64,000 nucleotides of DNA from an uncultured delta proteobacterium (GCA_963803435.1 CAWDML010000005.1:96001-160000); one strand, 5' to 3'. Positions 41,001 to 51,092 are shown, numbered from the stretch's first letter. The notes: generated by a model not told the origin, from the sequence alone. Numbers and translations are program-made.

Positions 41001-41201
41001 GCTCAGTTCTGGGGCCCGATGGCGATCGCCGTCAGCTTCGGACTGGGCGTCGCGACGATCCTGACCCTGGTGATGGTGCCGACGCTCTACTCCATCCTCG
41101 AGGACGGCCGGCACCTCCGGCACCGGATCGGCGGCACGGCCGCCCGCTGGCTCAAGCGCGCACCCGCCCGACCGCGAAGCTCGGTCGTCGAGTCGGACTG
41201 A
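38007..41201 (+). CDS. RND efflux permease (AcrB/AcrD/AcrF family)
   Basis: GMLVDNSIVV.ENIYR, GVVVNNAIVL, RFRPVMLT. Confidence 0.96.
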   Translation: MMLRKLIERGSLVWLVVACISIFGLKTYLSLPREAAPDIEIPVIMVTTPYLGVAPKDIETLITIPIENELASLKDVKKMSSTSAEGVSLISLEFEPEVVIEDALQRVRDRVNRARSKVPQEADDTDIREISFDDFPILIVTLAGPVDSQRLKRIGEDFADEVRRIPGVLEANVNGGREREIAVLVDPFRLQHFGLGLNDVINAIDAENVNIPGGDVTTGDARFLLRVPGEFGQAKEIENVAIKRVGDRPVFVRDVARVDDGLADPQSYARMNGASAVSIAVTKRSGSNLLEIADAVKALAAERAPGWPKGVTYRALGDASKVVRNMVSDLENGIITALILVIGVLVFAMGPRSSLFVAVSIPLSMLLGILVLASFGYTLNMIVLFSLILALGMLVDNSIVVCENIYRHAQLGKSFVEASIDGASEVAMAVAASTATTVVAFVPLVFWSGIMGQFMGYLPVTVIVVLSASLLVALTVLPVLTARLGKTSSKMLIDESGVPRNAIMRRYQRMLEVSIDHRYVSFGIGMAALIGTFLAYGKLNHGTEFFPATEPNRAVITVRAPDGTDLEATDALVRQIESVLQSEENVDVYVAEVGVGGDIFNSQSATNQARITVDFLPDKASAKEGEKIRVEPTTETIDRVRHAVAEIAGAEIVVDKERMGPPVGAPVAVEVTGDEFNQVGDLSARVRRELAEIPGVTDLRDDYRVGRPELRLRIDRGAAKRIGVDTRTIATTVRTAVAGTKASVIRDGDDEYDIKVKFAPEFRSDLQSVLSLRVPGKLDTSPKTFPVPISTIASYQLAGGSGSIRHLDQKLVVTITGQVEEGMNENAVRGGVEKYIKTAKAPQGFALRLGGANDEQRAATTFLGNAFLIAVFLIAIVLVMEFNRFDLPFIILITVILSLIGVLWGLIITGTPFGVMMTGLGVISLAGVVVNNAIVLLDYVQQLRASGLPEREALVKAGLTRFRPVMLTAITTVLGLVPMALGISFDFFKLEWVVGARSAQFWGPMAIAVSFGLGVATILTLVMVPTLYSILEDGRHLRHRIGGTAARWLKRAPARPRSSVVESD

Positions 41202-41294
41202 GTGTTGTCCCCGCGCATCTCTGCTCATGCGCGGGGTGTTTCGGATGAGTACGTTCCCTATCAGGACACCTCGGCCGCATGAGACCCTGATCCG

Positions 41295-42473
41295 GTGGTA
41301 CAAGCCCCGTCGCTCGGTTCGCTTCTCGAGGAAGAGCTCAGCCTCGAGGAGCGCCGGTTGCTCGAGCTGGCGGCGCGCCTCGAAGAGCGCGGTTTGCGAG
41401 CGGAATCGCACCACGCCTACTGGGATGTCCTGGCCATCAATCCTCGGAACCGAGCGGCGCAAGCTGCCTTGCGACGGCTGAAGGGTGAGGTGACAGTCAC
41501 CGGGCTCGTTCCTCCGCCCGTGGAACAGTCGCAGCTCGACGAGCTCGACGAGTCGGAGATCATCGAGCTGGTCAAACCCGAGCCGCGCCCGGATCCACCG
41601 CCGCCGCGCTTGCGCAGCGAGGTCATCCGGATCCCGAATCGTACGGGCGTACGCGATCGATCGATCGCGAGGCCGCCGCCGCCGAAGCGGATCGAGCAGG
41701 AGGTGATCGCGGAGATCACCGGCGATCTCGATGCACCCGATCCGCGGGGTCGCATGCGCGCGCGGGTGGCGTTGGGCGTTCTCATGCTGGCGGTGATCGG
41801 GCTCTTGGCGATGGTCTGGGATACGCGGCGCGAGCTGAGCTCGCTGTCCACCGAGCTCCGTGCGCAACGGCCGGCGGCGGCGTCGGGCGCGCCGCAGACG
41901 ATCGCGTTGACGTTCGGTCCGGCCACCTCCATCGAGTACGAGGCGCCCGTCGCCGGCGTGGTGACGTCGCGCGCCGATCCAGGCCAGCTGCTTCAGCCCG
42001 GCGATCTGGTGGCTGAGATCATGAACGCGGGCGACTATCGCCGGCTGGTCCGGGCGCGTGCGAAGCACCGATGGCTGCGGCGTCGGGCCGGACGGAGCGC
42101 CGCGCTCGAGGCGAAGGCCGACGAGGCCCGCGACGAGGCGCTCCAGTTGCTCAAGCGGGGGCGGCGCTCGTACGTCCGCGCCGCGCAGCGCGGGATTGCA
42201 CGGCCGTTGCTCGACCTGCGGCGCGTGCAGACCGGCGAGCTGCTGATGCGTCTGGATGATCCAGCCACGCTGAGCGCCGAGCTCCCCGCGGGCGCTGGAC
42301 TCGCCGCCGGCGCCGTCTGCCGTTTCACGGGCGAGGCGGCGAAGGAGGACTGCAAGCTGGTGTTCGAGCGTGGCGCCACCGGCGAGCGCGTCAGAGTGCT
42401 CCTTTCGAACGAAGGGGGCCGCTTCCTGCCAGGCCAGACGGTCGAGGTGACGATCGAGCCTGCCGTCCATTAG
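41295..42473 (+). CDS. Hypothetical membrane protein with HlyD-like C-terminal region
   Basis: TPR-like N-terminus, one TM, APVAGVV..PGDLV and FLPGQTVEV adaptor motifs. Confidence 0.6.
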   Translation: MVQAPSLGSLLEEELSLEERRLLELAARLEERGLRAESHHAYWDVLAINPRNRAAQAALRRLKGEVTVTGLVPPPVEQSQLDELDESEIIELVKPEPRPDPPPPRLRSEVIRIPNRTGVRDRSIARPPPPKRIEQEVIAEITGDLDAPDPRGRMRARVALGVLMLAVIGLLAMVWDTRRELSSLSTELRAQRPAAASGAPQTIALTFGPATSIEYEAPVAGVVTSRADPGQLLQPGDLVAEIMNAGDYRRLVRARAKHRWLRRRAGRSAALEAKADEARDEALQLLKRGRRSYVRAAQRGIARPLLDLRRVQTGELLMRLDDPATLSAELPAGAGLAAGAVCRFTGEAAKEDCKLVFERGATGERVRVLLSNEGGRFLPGQTVEVTIEPAVH

Positions 42474-42488
42474 GATGGCCCCTTGAAC

Positions 42489-43563
42489 ATGCAGGGCATG
42501 GAGCTGAGGCGGGCTCCCCGAGTCAGCTGTGACCTTTGGGTCGCGATCTCGGGAGTCGACGCCGCACCGGTGCGGCGGCGCGGCGACATCAGCCTGACCG
42601 GCCTCTTCATCGAGGTCGATCGACCAGTGGGCGTGGCGGGTTCCCTCCAGTGGCTCAAGCTGTGGTCCCCCGACCAGCGGTTCTCGGCCGAGGTGATGGG
42701 CCGGATCATCCGCTCGATCACGCTCGACGACGTGATGGATATCGAGCCGCGCCTCGGGGTCGCGTTCGATTTCATGCCGGACAGCGCCGCCCGCTTCACC
42801 GCGCTCCAGAACCTGGTCGGAGCGATCCTCCACCAGCAAGCCTCGCTCTCGACCGAGGAGGTCGAGTCGCGCGACCTGCCCCGGGCCGCCGTGTTTCTAC
42901 CCAAGATCTCGCGGATGCGCGTGGAGGCCAACTGGCCGGTCCGCATCGGCGAGATCGTGCAGGTGGTCTTTCGCTCTCCCGGGACGCACACCCGGATCCC
43001 GTTCGAAGGGCAGGTGGTCGCCGTCGAGCGGACGGCAGTTCCGGCCGGGCCTCCCAGCTATCACGTCGACGTCTCGCTCAGCCCCGCCGGCCAGCGCAGC
43101 GAGGCCGAGGCTTCGGGCGCGCAGACCTCGATCAGCGACTCGGTGGATTCTGATCTTCAACGTGCTCCTCGACAGCGGTGATCCCGAGGAGCCGCCCCGC
43201 CCCTCGAGGAAGGAGCACCTCGTCGGGTTGCTCTCCCGCATCGGCATCGCGAGCCTGTTCTCGCTGTTCGATCTGGAGCGGGTGTCGGGCGAGATGCGTC
43301 TGGCCCTGGGGGATCGGCGCATCCGGGTCTACGTGAGGGACGGCCGGGTGATCGACGCCGTCCGCGCGGGCTCGAACGGCACCGCGCGCGAGGCGCTCCG
43401 AGGCGTGATCGAGGCGAAGGACGGCACGTTCGACTTCACGCCGATGGACATCGACCGTCCCGATCGCATCGGCCTCAGCACCACCGGGCTCCTGCTCGAG
43501 CTGGCGCGCGAGCACGACGAGGGCTCCGACGATAGCCTCGACGTTGTGTTCGATCAGACCTGA
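42489..43563 (+). CDS. PilZ-domain/DUF4388 protein, frameshifted near 43148 (probable sequence error)
   Basis: RRAPR..DISLTGLFI PilZ motif; GLLSRIGIASLFSL..ERVSG DUF4388-like domain in the next frame. Confidence 0.75.
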
Positions 43564-44108
43564 CGGATCGCCGCATAGACGCAGGCATCGGCGCGGCCGC
43601 CGGAGCGATCCTGGAGCTCGGCGCGCGCAATGCCTTCGAGCATGAGACCGCACTTCTCGGCGACGCGCCGGCTCGGTACGTTCGACGGGTCGCACCGCCA
43701 GATGAGGCGATGGAAGGGCCACTCCGTGAAGCCCCAGTCCAGCATCGCCCGGAGGACGGCGGCGCCCAGGCCACGTCCCGCGTGGCTCTTCCGGATCCAC
43801 ATCCCGATGTCCGCGACCCCGGCGGCCGCGGTGGCGCCGCGCAGGTGGAAGCCGGTGCCACCGAGGATCATGCCGCCGTGGGCGATGGCCAGCGAGAAGT
43901 CGGACTCGAGCAGGTAGTAGCCGCCCATGGCGCGCGCGTCGCGCTCGGAAGCGGCCAGGTCGACGTGCTGATCCACCCATCCCATGTATGCACGAAGAAA
44001 GTCGCGCGAGCTGTCGACGGCGTCGAAGAGGGCCTTGCCGTCGCCGATCTGGAAGGGACGGAGCGTGAACGAGGGTGTGCGCAGCTCGGTAGGCGGGAGA
44101 GAGCTCAC
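43554..44108 (-). CDS. RimJ/RimL-type GNAT acetyltransferase
   Basis: AGRGLG, NVPSRRVAEKCG..EG. Confidence 0.9.
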   Translation of the reverse strand: MSSLPPTELRTPSFTLRPFQIGDGKALFDAVDSSRDFLRAYMGWVDQHVDLAASERDARAMGGYYLLESDFSLAIAHGGMILGGTGFHLRGATAAAGVADIGMWIRKSHAGRGLGAAVLRAMLDWGFTEWPFHRLIWRCDPSNVPSRRVAEKCGLMLEGIARAELQDRSGGRADACVYAAIRQV

Positions 44109-44238
44109 CAGGCTCCTCTATCACCAACGCCGCCGTCGATCAGCGCCGAGCGCATGCCACAGGTCGAGACCGGCTCGCCGGGGATCACCGGCAAAAAGTC
44201 GCTCGACTTGCGGGGCCGCGCTCCGGAGATTGACCTGA

Positions 44239-45975
44239 GTGGCGCGGCCTGAGCGATCGGACCTGAGACGGCTCCTCACCCTGGCCCGGCCCGAGCTGCG
44301 CCGGCTGGTGCTGGCGACGATCGCCCTGGGCATCAGCTCGGGCACCACCCTCGTCTATCCCCAGGCCGTCCGCTACATGGTCGACGCGGTGGTCGGCGGC
44401 ACCTCGCCGATCTCCCTCGACACCGGCGCGATCCTCCTGGTGATCGTCTTCGCGATCCAGGCCGTCTTCACGATGCTGCGCTCGTGGCTGTTCACGATCG
44501 CCGGCGAGCGGATCGTGACCCGGCTCCGCGCCGACCTGTTCCGGGCGATCCTCGATCAGGACACGGCCTTCTTCGACGCCGCACGCACCGGCGAGCTCAC
44601 CAACCGCCTCGCCTCCGACACCACCGTGCTGCAGAACAGCGTCACGGTGAACGTCTCGATGGGGCTTCGCTACCTGGTCGGCTCCGTCGGCGGGCTGGCG
44701 CTGCTCATGTACATGAGCCCGATCCTCACCGGTCTCGCCATGGGCATCGTCCCCGTGATTGCGATCGGTGGCACGCTCTACGGCCGCACCATTCGCAAGC
44801 TCTCCCGCCAGGTGCAGGACGCGCTGGCACGCTCGACGGAGGTGGCGGAGGAGTCGATCGCCGGCATCCGCACCGTGCGCTCGTTCGCGCGGGAGGAGCA
44901 CGAGGTCGAGCGCTATGCCGCCGCGGTCGAGGACTCGTACCAGCTGGCGGCCAAGCGCGCGCTGGCGGGCGGAGCCTTCGGGGGGCTCGGCGGGTTCGCG
45001 GGCTACAGCGCGATCGCGCTGGTGGTCTGGTACGGCGGCCGGCTGGTCGCGGCCGGAGCCATGACGATCGGCGATCTGACCGCCTTCCTCCTCTACACCG
45101 GGCTGGTGGCGGTCTCCCTGGGCGCGCTGGCCGGGCTCTACGGCGACTTCATGCGGGCGATCGGCGCTTCGCAGCGCGTGTTCGAGCTCCTCGATCAGAA
45201 GGCGCCGCTCGAGATGAGCGGCGGGAGTCCCGCAGGCGAGCTCGCCGGCGCCCTTCGGTTCGAGGGGGTGCGCTTCGCCTACCCGTCGCGGCCCGACGTG
45301 GAGGTCCTCGCTGACTTCGAGCTGGAGGTGAACCCGGGCGAGGTGGTGGCGCTGGTGGGCCCGTCGGGCGCCGGCAAGTCGACCGTGGCAGCGCTGATCG
45401 CTCGCTTCTATGATCCGACGGCCGGGCGGATCACGATCGACGGCCGCCTGCTCACCGGGATCGACCCGCGCTCCCTCCGCGAGCGCATCGGCGCCGTGAT
45501 GCAGGAGCCGGTGCTCTTCGCCACCTCGATCGCGGACAACATCCGCTACGGCCGCTCCGATGCCGGCGACGACGAGATCGTCGCCGCCGCCGAGGCCGCC
45601 AACGCCGCCGAGTTCATCCGCATCTTCCCCGAGGGCTACGCCACGATGGTCGGTGAGCGCGGCGTGCGGCTCTCGGGCGGCCAGAAGCAGCGCATCGCCA
45701 TCGCGCGCGCGGTGCTCAAGGATCCGCGGATCCTGATCCTCGACGAGGCGACCAGCGCGCTCGACGCCGAGAGCGAGCATCTGGTGAAGGAGGCGCTCGA
45801 GCGATTGATGCAGCGGCGCACGACGATCGTGATCGCCCATCGGCTGTCGACGGTGATGAATGCCGATCGCGTGCTGGTGCTCGATCACGGGAGGCTGGTC
45901 GAGCAGGGCCGCCATCGCGATCTGATGGCGGCCGACGGTCTGTACAAACGGTTGGTGGAACGCCAGTTCGGTTAG
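44239..45975 (+). CDS. ABC exporter, fused permease/ATPase (ABCB/MsbA-like)
   Basis: GPSGAGKST, LSGGQKQR, ILDEATSALD, IAHRLST. Confidence 0.95.
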   Translation: MARPERSDLRRLLTLARPELRRLVLATIALGISSGTTLVYPQAVRYMVDAVVGGTSPISLDTGAILLVIVFAIQAVFTMLRSWLFTIAGERIVTRLRADLFRAILDQDTAFFDAARTGELTNRLASDTTVLQNSVTVNVSMGLRYLVGSVGGLALLMYMSPILTGLAMGIVPVIAIGGTLYGRTIRKLSRQVQDALARSTEVAEESIAGIRTVRSFAREEHEVERYAAAVEDSYQLAAKRALAGGAFGGLGGFAGYSAIALVVWYGGRLVAAGAMTIGDLTAFLLYTGLVAVSLGALAGLYGDFMRAIGASQRVFELLDQKAPLEMSGGSPAGELAGALRFEGVRFAYPSRPDVEVLADFELEVNPGEVVALVGPSGAGKSTVAALIARFYDPTAGRITIDGRLLTGIDPRSLRERIGAVMQEPVLFATSIADNIRYGRSDAGDDEIVAAAEAANAAEFIRIFPEGYATMVGERGVRLSGGQKQRIAIARAVLKDPRILILDEATSALDAESEHLVKEALERLMQRRTTIVIAHRLSTVMNADRVLVLDHGRLVEQGRHRDLMAADGLYKRLVERQFG

Positions 45976-46199
45976 CGAGGCTGCGCCTCAAAACGCTCGA
46001 GTTCATTCGAATTCCGTGCTGGCGCAGCCCCCGTCGACAGCTATCGGCTGACCGCCCAGGGACGCAAGATCGCGCTCTTCATGACCAATGCGGCCTGGTC
46101 TTGCTGTCGGCTCGCACCTGAAAGCTGCGAGCACCAGCGGTCGCCCGAAGCACCAAGAGTCGTCCACTCTGTCACGCTTCTCTCGGGCAAGTTCCCGGT

Positions 46200-47412
46200 G
46201 GCCGACCCTGTCTCTTGAGGGGGAAGGCAACATCGCGGTCGCCGCCACGCGAGGCGGCCGGGGCGCCGGCGGGGTCAAAGACCCGGTGCACGCACGCAGG
46301 CACTTCACACGGAAGCCGGGAGATCCCGCCGCTGACCGCGAACGATGGAGCGCGGTCCGCAAATCGAACCCGAGAGGGGCAATGAGGCGATGAACGGCGG
46401 CGGGAAGTCGGACGACTCCGTACTACCTGGGAAGCTCGCGAACAAAGGCGATGATGCGTCACCGCTGGCGGAGCGAGTGGAGGGAAGGGAGTCGGCCAAG
46501 GGGAACTCGGACGGGCAAAACAGGGACCGCGCGCAGAAGCGGGCTGCCCTGCAAAGCAAGCTCGACCGGGTACGGCAGAAAGCGAAAAGGAAAAGGAGAC
46601 ACGGTTCACGACGCTCTGGCACCATGTCTATGACGTCGACCGCCTCCGCGAGGCTTCCTTCGGTCTCGAGCGCCGGAGCGCAGCGGGTGTGGACGGCGAG
46701 ACGTGGCAGCAGTACGGGCAGAATCATCTCGCACGAGTGGTTGGAGAAGTTCATCTCGCACCGGATTGCGGACAAGCGCGTCCTCCGCCACGTGAAGAAG
46801 TGGCTGAAGGCGGGCGTACTCGAAGAAGGAGAGTGGAAGGAGACCACGAAGGGCAGTCCTCAAGGAGGGAGCGTGAGCCCCCTGCTTGCGAACGTCTACC
46901 TGCACTACGTGTTCGATCTCTGGGCCGACCTATGGCGAAGTCAGCGGGCGAAAGGTGACGTGATCATCGTCCGCTTTGCTGACGACGTCATCGTCGGCTT
47001 CGAGCATCGAGAAGACGCCGAGCGTCTCCAGGAAGAGCTGGCGGAGCGACTGCGCAAGTTCGACCTGGAGCTCCACCCCGACAAGACCCGGCTGATCCGG
47101 TTTGGGCGCTCCGCCCACCGGGAGCACCGGGCCGGAGGCGGAAACAAGCCTGGAACCTCCGAGTTCCTGGGCTTCGTGCACATCTGCGGCACCACTCGAA
47201 AGGGTGGCCTCACGGTGAAGCGGCGCTCGTCGGCCAAGCGCATGCAGAGGACGCTCCTCCGGATCAAGGAAGAGCTCCTGCGGCCCTGGCACCTTCCAAT
47301 CCGAGACCAGGGCGTCTGGCTCGGGCAAGTGGTCCGAGGCTGGTTCGGCTATCACGGCGTGCCGTTCAACATCGACGCGCTGAGCCGATTCCGGCACGAG
47401 GTAGTGCGCCGG
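46200..47412 (+). mobile_element. Group II intron remnant (partial 5' RNA domains plus RT gene; domains V/VI lost)
   Basis: GAAGTCGGAC..GTACTACC..GAACAAAG..GCGGAG..GTGGAGGGAAGG..GCCAAGGGGAA domain II/III-like sequence before the RT. Confidence 0.8.
46549..47412 (+). pseudogene. ltrA: Group II intron reverse transcriptase/maturase, frameshifted, internally deleted and 3'-truncated
   Basis: RFTTLWHH, AAGVDG, then a jump to ISHEWL; PQGG..SPLLANVYL, RFADD, LHPDKT, FLGF, partial domain X. Confidence 0.88.
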
Positions 47413-47684
47413 AGAGTTCAATCCACCTGAGAAGGCTCGCTTCTACCGGATGGCACTTCGCTCTGGCACCGAAAGCGCCGCCTCACTCCACACCTGCTTG
47501 AGGCGCCGACTCACCAACGAGCAGAAGGTCCAAGCCGCCAGAGCCAAGCTCAAGCGCGTTGTCGAGATGCTCACGCGCCTCATCAAGTCGATGAACGCAC
47601 GCCGGGCTGCATGATCGCCATCGGGACCGGGACCGGGACCGGGACCCGGACCGGGCTCGCGGTAGCGCTACGCGCTACACGCTC
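47406..47684. mobile_element. Partial copy 3 of the IS1182/four-helix-bundle element (3' half of the bundle gene, hexamer array, terminal repeat)
   Basis: Near-identical to the reverse complement of 19614-19872; ends CTACACGCTC-CTAG. Confidence 0.88.
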
Positions 47685-48101
47685 CTAGCTCGCCTCCTCC
47701 GCGATCAGCGCGGCGGTCGCCGTGGTGGCGAGCTCCTGCGCGCCGCGGCCGGTGCGGCGGAACGCGGTGACCAGGCTCAGCGCCGCCTTCTCACCGGAGT
47801 CGAGCGCCTTGTTGGTCACCCGATCGATTCGATCGTTGACCTTGCGGCTGATCCGGAAGACGCCCTGATTCACGCCGTCGACGAAGTCGAGGGTGGCGGC
47901 TGCCCGGTCGGCGACCTCGGAGCGGACCTCCTGGAGGAGGCCGAAGGAGCTCTTCACGGTCTCCTCGGCCATGCCCAGGCCGAGGTCCATCCAGACGGTG
48001 ACGAGGCCGGCCCGGGGGCGATCGACGTCGACGATCGGGGCCTTGGCGTCGCCGTTGGTCCGGGTCGGGGTGGAGGGGGTGGAAGCGGTGTCTCTTGCCA
48101 T
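47685..48101 (-). CDS. Phasin-like amphipathic helical protein
   Basis: Ala-rich helical 138-aa ORF; family assignment tentative. Confidence 0.55.
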   Translation of the reverse strand: MARDTASTPSTPTRTNGDAKAPIVDVDRPRAGLVTVWMDLGLGMAEETVKSSFGLLQEVRSEVADRAAATLDFVDGVNQGVFRISRKVNDRIDRVTNKALDSGEKAALSLVTAFRRTGRGAQELATTATAALIAEEAS

Positions 48102-48235
48102 GACGCGGCACGCTATCACAGTGGTAACGCGGTGCATCAAGAAACAGTTGGGTGACGCTTGAGCCACGAGATCACTCGGCTTTCGCGATCTCCGGATTGA
48201 CCCGTCCTGCAGCAGGGAGGGAATCTGGCCTCGGC

Positions 48236-49351
48236 GTGAACCTGATCGCCCTCGCCATCCCAGGGTTCTTTCTCCTCATCGGTCTCGAGCTCCTCCTGGC
48301 CCGTCGCCGGGGGCTGGCCTGCTACCGGTTCAACGACTCCATCGCCGACCTCTCGTGCGGGATCGTCAACCAGGTCCTGGTCGTCCTGATCGCGCTGGTG
48401 AGCATCGCCGTCTACGCCTGGGTCCAGCGGACCGCCGGGCTCTTCACGATCGACGAAGGCTCGACCGGGATGTGGATCGTCTGCTTCGTCGGCGTCGACT
48501 TCGCCTACTACTGGTTCCATCGCTTCAGCCACCAGATCAACTTCATGTGGGCCGCGCACGTCGTCCACCACCAGAGCGAGGAATACAACCTCACGGTGGC
48601 GCTCCGTCAATCTGCCTTGCAGCCCATGTTCTCGTGGCCGTTCTATCTCCCGCTGGCGGTGCTCGGCTTCCCGCTGAAGATGTACCTGACGCTGTCCGCG
48701 CTCAACACGCTCTACCAGTTCTGGATCCACACGCGCTTGATCGGACGGATCGGCCCGCTCGAGCATGTGCTCAACACGCCGTCGCACCACCGCGTGCACC
48801 ACGGACAGAACCCGAAGTACATCGATCGTAACCACGCCGGCACGCTGATCGTCTGGGACAAGCTCTTCGGCACCTTCCAGGCCGAGGAGGAGGAAGTCGT
48901 CTACGGCGTGACCGAGCCGCTGCAGAGCTTCGATCCGCTGTTCGCCAACGTGCACTCGTGGTTGATCACGCTACGCAAGGCCCGTGCGTTCGATCGCTTC
49001 GCCGACAAGGTGAAGATCTGGTTCATGCGACCGGGCTGGATGCCGCCCGAGCACACGGTCGACAAGATCTGGTCGCCGGCGCCGAAGTACGACCCGCGAC
49101 TCACGCGGGGCGTCGCCTACTACGTGCTGGCGCAGTTCTCGCTGTCGGTGGTGGCGACGGTCGCCTACCTCTTCTACGCCCACGCCGCCCCGTTCGCGGT
49201 CAGCGCTGCGCTGGCGATCGCGATCGTGCTGACGCTGGTGACCCTGGGCGGGCTCCTCGAGCAGAAGGGCTGGGCCCGATCGCTGGAGATGGTGCGGATC
49301 CCAGCGGTTCTCGCCGCCGGCGCGGCGCTGGCGGTCACCTACCTGGCCTGA
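48236..49351 (+). CDS. Sterol desaturase family / alkylglycerol monooxygenase-like protein
   Basis: YYWFHRFSH, WAAHVVHHQSEEYNL, YQFWIH, TPSHHRVHH His boxes. Confidence 0.92.
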   Translation: MNLIALAIPGFFLLIGLELLLARRRGLACYRFNDSIADLSCGIVNQVLVVLIALVSIAVYAWVQRTAGLFTIDEGSTGMWIVCFVGVDFAYYWFHRFSHQINFMWAAHVVHHQSEEYNLTVALRQSALQPMFSWPFYLPLAVLGFPLKMYLTLSALNTLYQFWIHTRLIGRIGPLEHVLNTPSHHRVHHGQNPKYIDRNHAGTLIVWDKLFGTFQAEEEEVVYGVTEPLQSFDPLFANVHSWLITLRKARAFDRFADKVKIWFMRPGWMPPEHTVDKIWSPAPKYDPRLTRGVAYYVLAQFSLSVVATVAYLFYAHAAPFAVSAALAIAIVLTLVTLGGLLEQKGWARSLEMVRIPAVLAAGAALAVTYLA

Positions 49352-50025
49352 TCGACGACGCGCGATGGGTTGGTGTCGCGGAACTCGGGGGCGGCCACCG
49401 GTCCGCAGGGCTCGCGGATCTTCTCGAACAGCATCCGGTAGACCGGCTCGCCCTCGTGCTCGTGGCGCCGCTCCCATTCCGTCCGCTCGAGAAAGAGCTT
49501 GTCGGCGGCGAGGCTGGGATCGGTGCGGGCCTCGAAGGCGCCGTCTTCGGCCATGAACCCGAACATCTCCTCGGCCAGCGGCCGCACGTCGCTCTGGAGG
49601 TGGACCGTCCCACCGATCGGGAGCAGCTCGGCCATCGCCCGGACGCTGGCCGGCTGACAAATCCGACGCTTCTGGTGACGCTTCTTGAAGCACGGATCGG
49701 GGAACTGCACGTGAAAGACGCGGACCACGCCGGGCGCGGCGAGACGCATGTTGTCGAGCGAGTTCGCGTAGAACACGGCCACGTTCGACAGGCCCTCCCG
49801 TTCGATGCGCGCGATCGCCGCCTCGACGACCGGCCGCCGGACCTCCAGGCCGATGAAGTCGAGCTCGGGGTGGTTCCGCGCGCGCTCGAAGAGGAAGGCT
49901 GCGCCCCCGCATCCGAGGTCGACCTCGAGCGGCGCCTCCCGGCCGAAGACGGCGGCCCGATCGATGATCCCCAGCAGGGTGCGGACGTTGAACGGGTTGG
50001 CGTGCTTGCGGATCCGGCGCGACAT
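49339..50025 (-). CDS. trmB: tRNA (guanine-N7)-methyltransferase
   Basis: RIRKHANP, DLGCGG, GLEVR, QFPDPCFKKRHQKRR, TEWE. Confidence 0.92.
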   Translation of the reverse strand: MSRRIRKHANPFNVRTLLGIIDRAAVFGREAPLEVDLGCGGAAFLFERARNHPELDFIGLEVRRPVVEAAIARIEREGLSNVAVFYANSLDNMRLAAPGVVRVFHVQFPDPCFKKRHQKRRICQPASVRAMAELLPIGGTVHLQSDVRPLAEEMFGFMAEDGAFEARTDPSLAADKLFLERTEWERRHEHEGEPVYRMLFEKIREPCGPVAAPEFRDTNPSRVVDQAR

Positions 50026-50026
50026 C

Positions 50027-51022
50027 TCATCCGTCTCCGGGCGGGGAGAAGGCCATCGTGTCCTGGACCTGCTCGAGCGCGAGGCAGCGCATGAGGAGGC
50101 GGTCGACGCCGACCGCGATCCCGGCGGCCTCTCCGATGGCCGGCAGATCTTCGAGGAGCCCCTCGTCGATGGGGTAGAGCGGCATCCCCGCGGACCGGCG
50201 CGTCTCGAGATCGGTGTGAAAGCGCCGGCGTTGCTCCTCTGGATCCGTCAGCTCGCCGAACGCGTTCCCCAGCTCGAGGGTCCCGGCGTACACCTCGAAC
50301 CGTTCCGCGCGGCGCGGGTCATCGGGATCGAGCCGCGCCAGCGCCGCCATCGACGCGGGATAGCCGTGCAGGATCGTGAGCGTGTCCGGCGCGAAGCTCG
50401 GCTCGACCCGCTCGAGGAACGCGCGGAAGAAGACGTCTTCCCACGAGTCCCCCTCCACGGTGCGGACCGGGAGCGCGCGGCGAAGCTCCGGGAGCGAGGG
50501 ATGCTCGAGCGGATCGGCGAGGCCCGCCCGCAAGAAGGCCTGCGAGACCGAGACGCGCTCGGTCGCGCGCGGCCGCCAGGGACCACCGACCGCCTCGGCG
50601 ATCGACGCGATCAGGGCCTCGGTGTCGTCCATGATCGCGGTGAGGGTCCCCGGGCGGCGATACCACTCGAGCAGGGTGAACTCGCCCGCATGCGTGCGCG
50701 ATCGCTCGCCGTTTCTGAACACGCGCGCGAGCTGATAGATCGAGCCCAGACCGCGGCCGAGCATCCGCTTCATCGCGTACTCGGGCGACGTGTGGAGATA
50801 CAGCTTCTCGGCCGCTCCGCCGGGGTGGCGTTGCTCGGTCTCGAACGCGACGAGATGGGGCTCGAGCCCCGGCGATGGCACGGCGATCGGGGTCTCGACC
50901 TCGAGGAGCCCGCGTTGATCGAAGAAGGCGCGGATCGCGTCGTTCATCCGCTTGCGCGCCTCGAGGATCCACCGCGGTGGGATCCGGCTCCGATCGACGC
51001 CCACGCGCGCACCGAGCCGCAT
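50027..51022 (-). CDS. epmA: EF-P lysine aminoacylase (EpmA/GenX/PoxA)
   Basis: LEVETP, LHTSPEYAMKR, FRNGE, EFTLLEWYR, ELGNAFGELTD, GVDRL; no anticodon domain. Confidence 0.92.
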   Translation of the reverse strand: MRLGARVGVDRSRIPPRWILEARKRMNDAIRAFFDQRGLLEVETPIAVPSPGLEPHLVAFETEQRHPGGAAEKLYLHTSPEYAMKRMLGRGLGSIYQLARVFRNGERSRTHAGEFTLLEWYRRPGTLTAIMDDTEALIASIAEAVGGPWRPRATERVSVSQAFLRAGLADPLEHPSLPELRRALPVRTVEGDSWEDVFFRAFLERVEPSFAPDTLTILHGYPASMAALARLDPDDPRRAERFEVYAGTLELGNAFGELTDPEEQRRRFHTDLETRRSAGMPLYPIDEGLLEDLPAIGEAAGIAVGVDRLLMRCLALEQVQDTMAFSPPGDG

Positions 51023-51092
51023 CACCGCGCTCTGCGTCAAGCCGGATTACGCTTTTCCAAACCCGACGGATGTGGCAGTCGGACTGAACTCG

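Noticed and set aside
46345-47684. Diversity-generating retroelement (RT plus Avd-like gene)
   Set aside because: The RT is group II intron-type with intron RNA sequence upstream, both genes are broken, and no TR/VR pair with adenine-specific mismatches was seen
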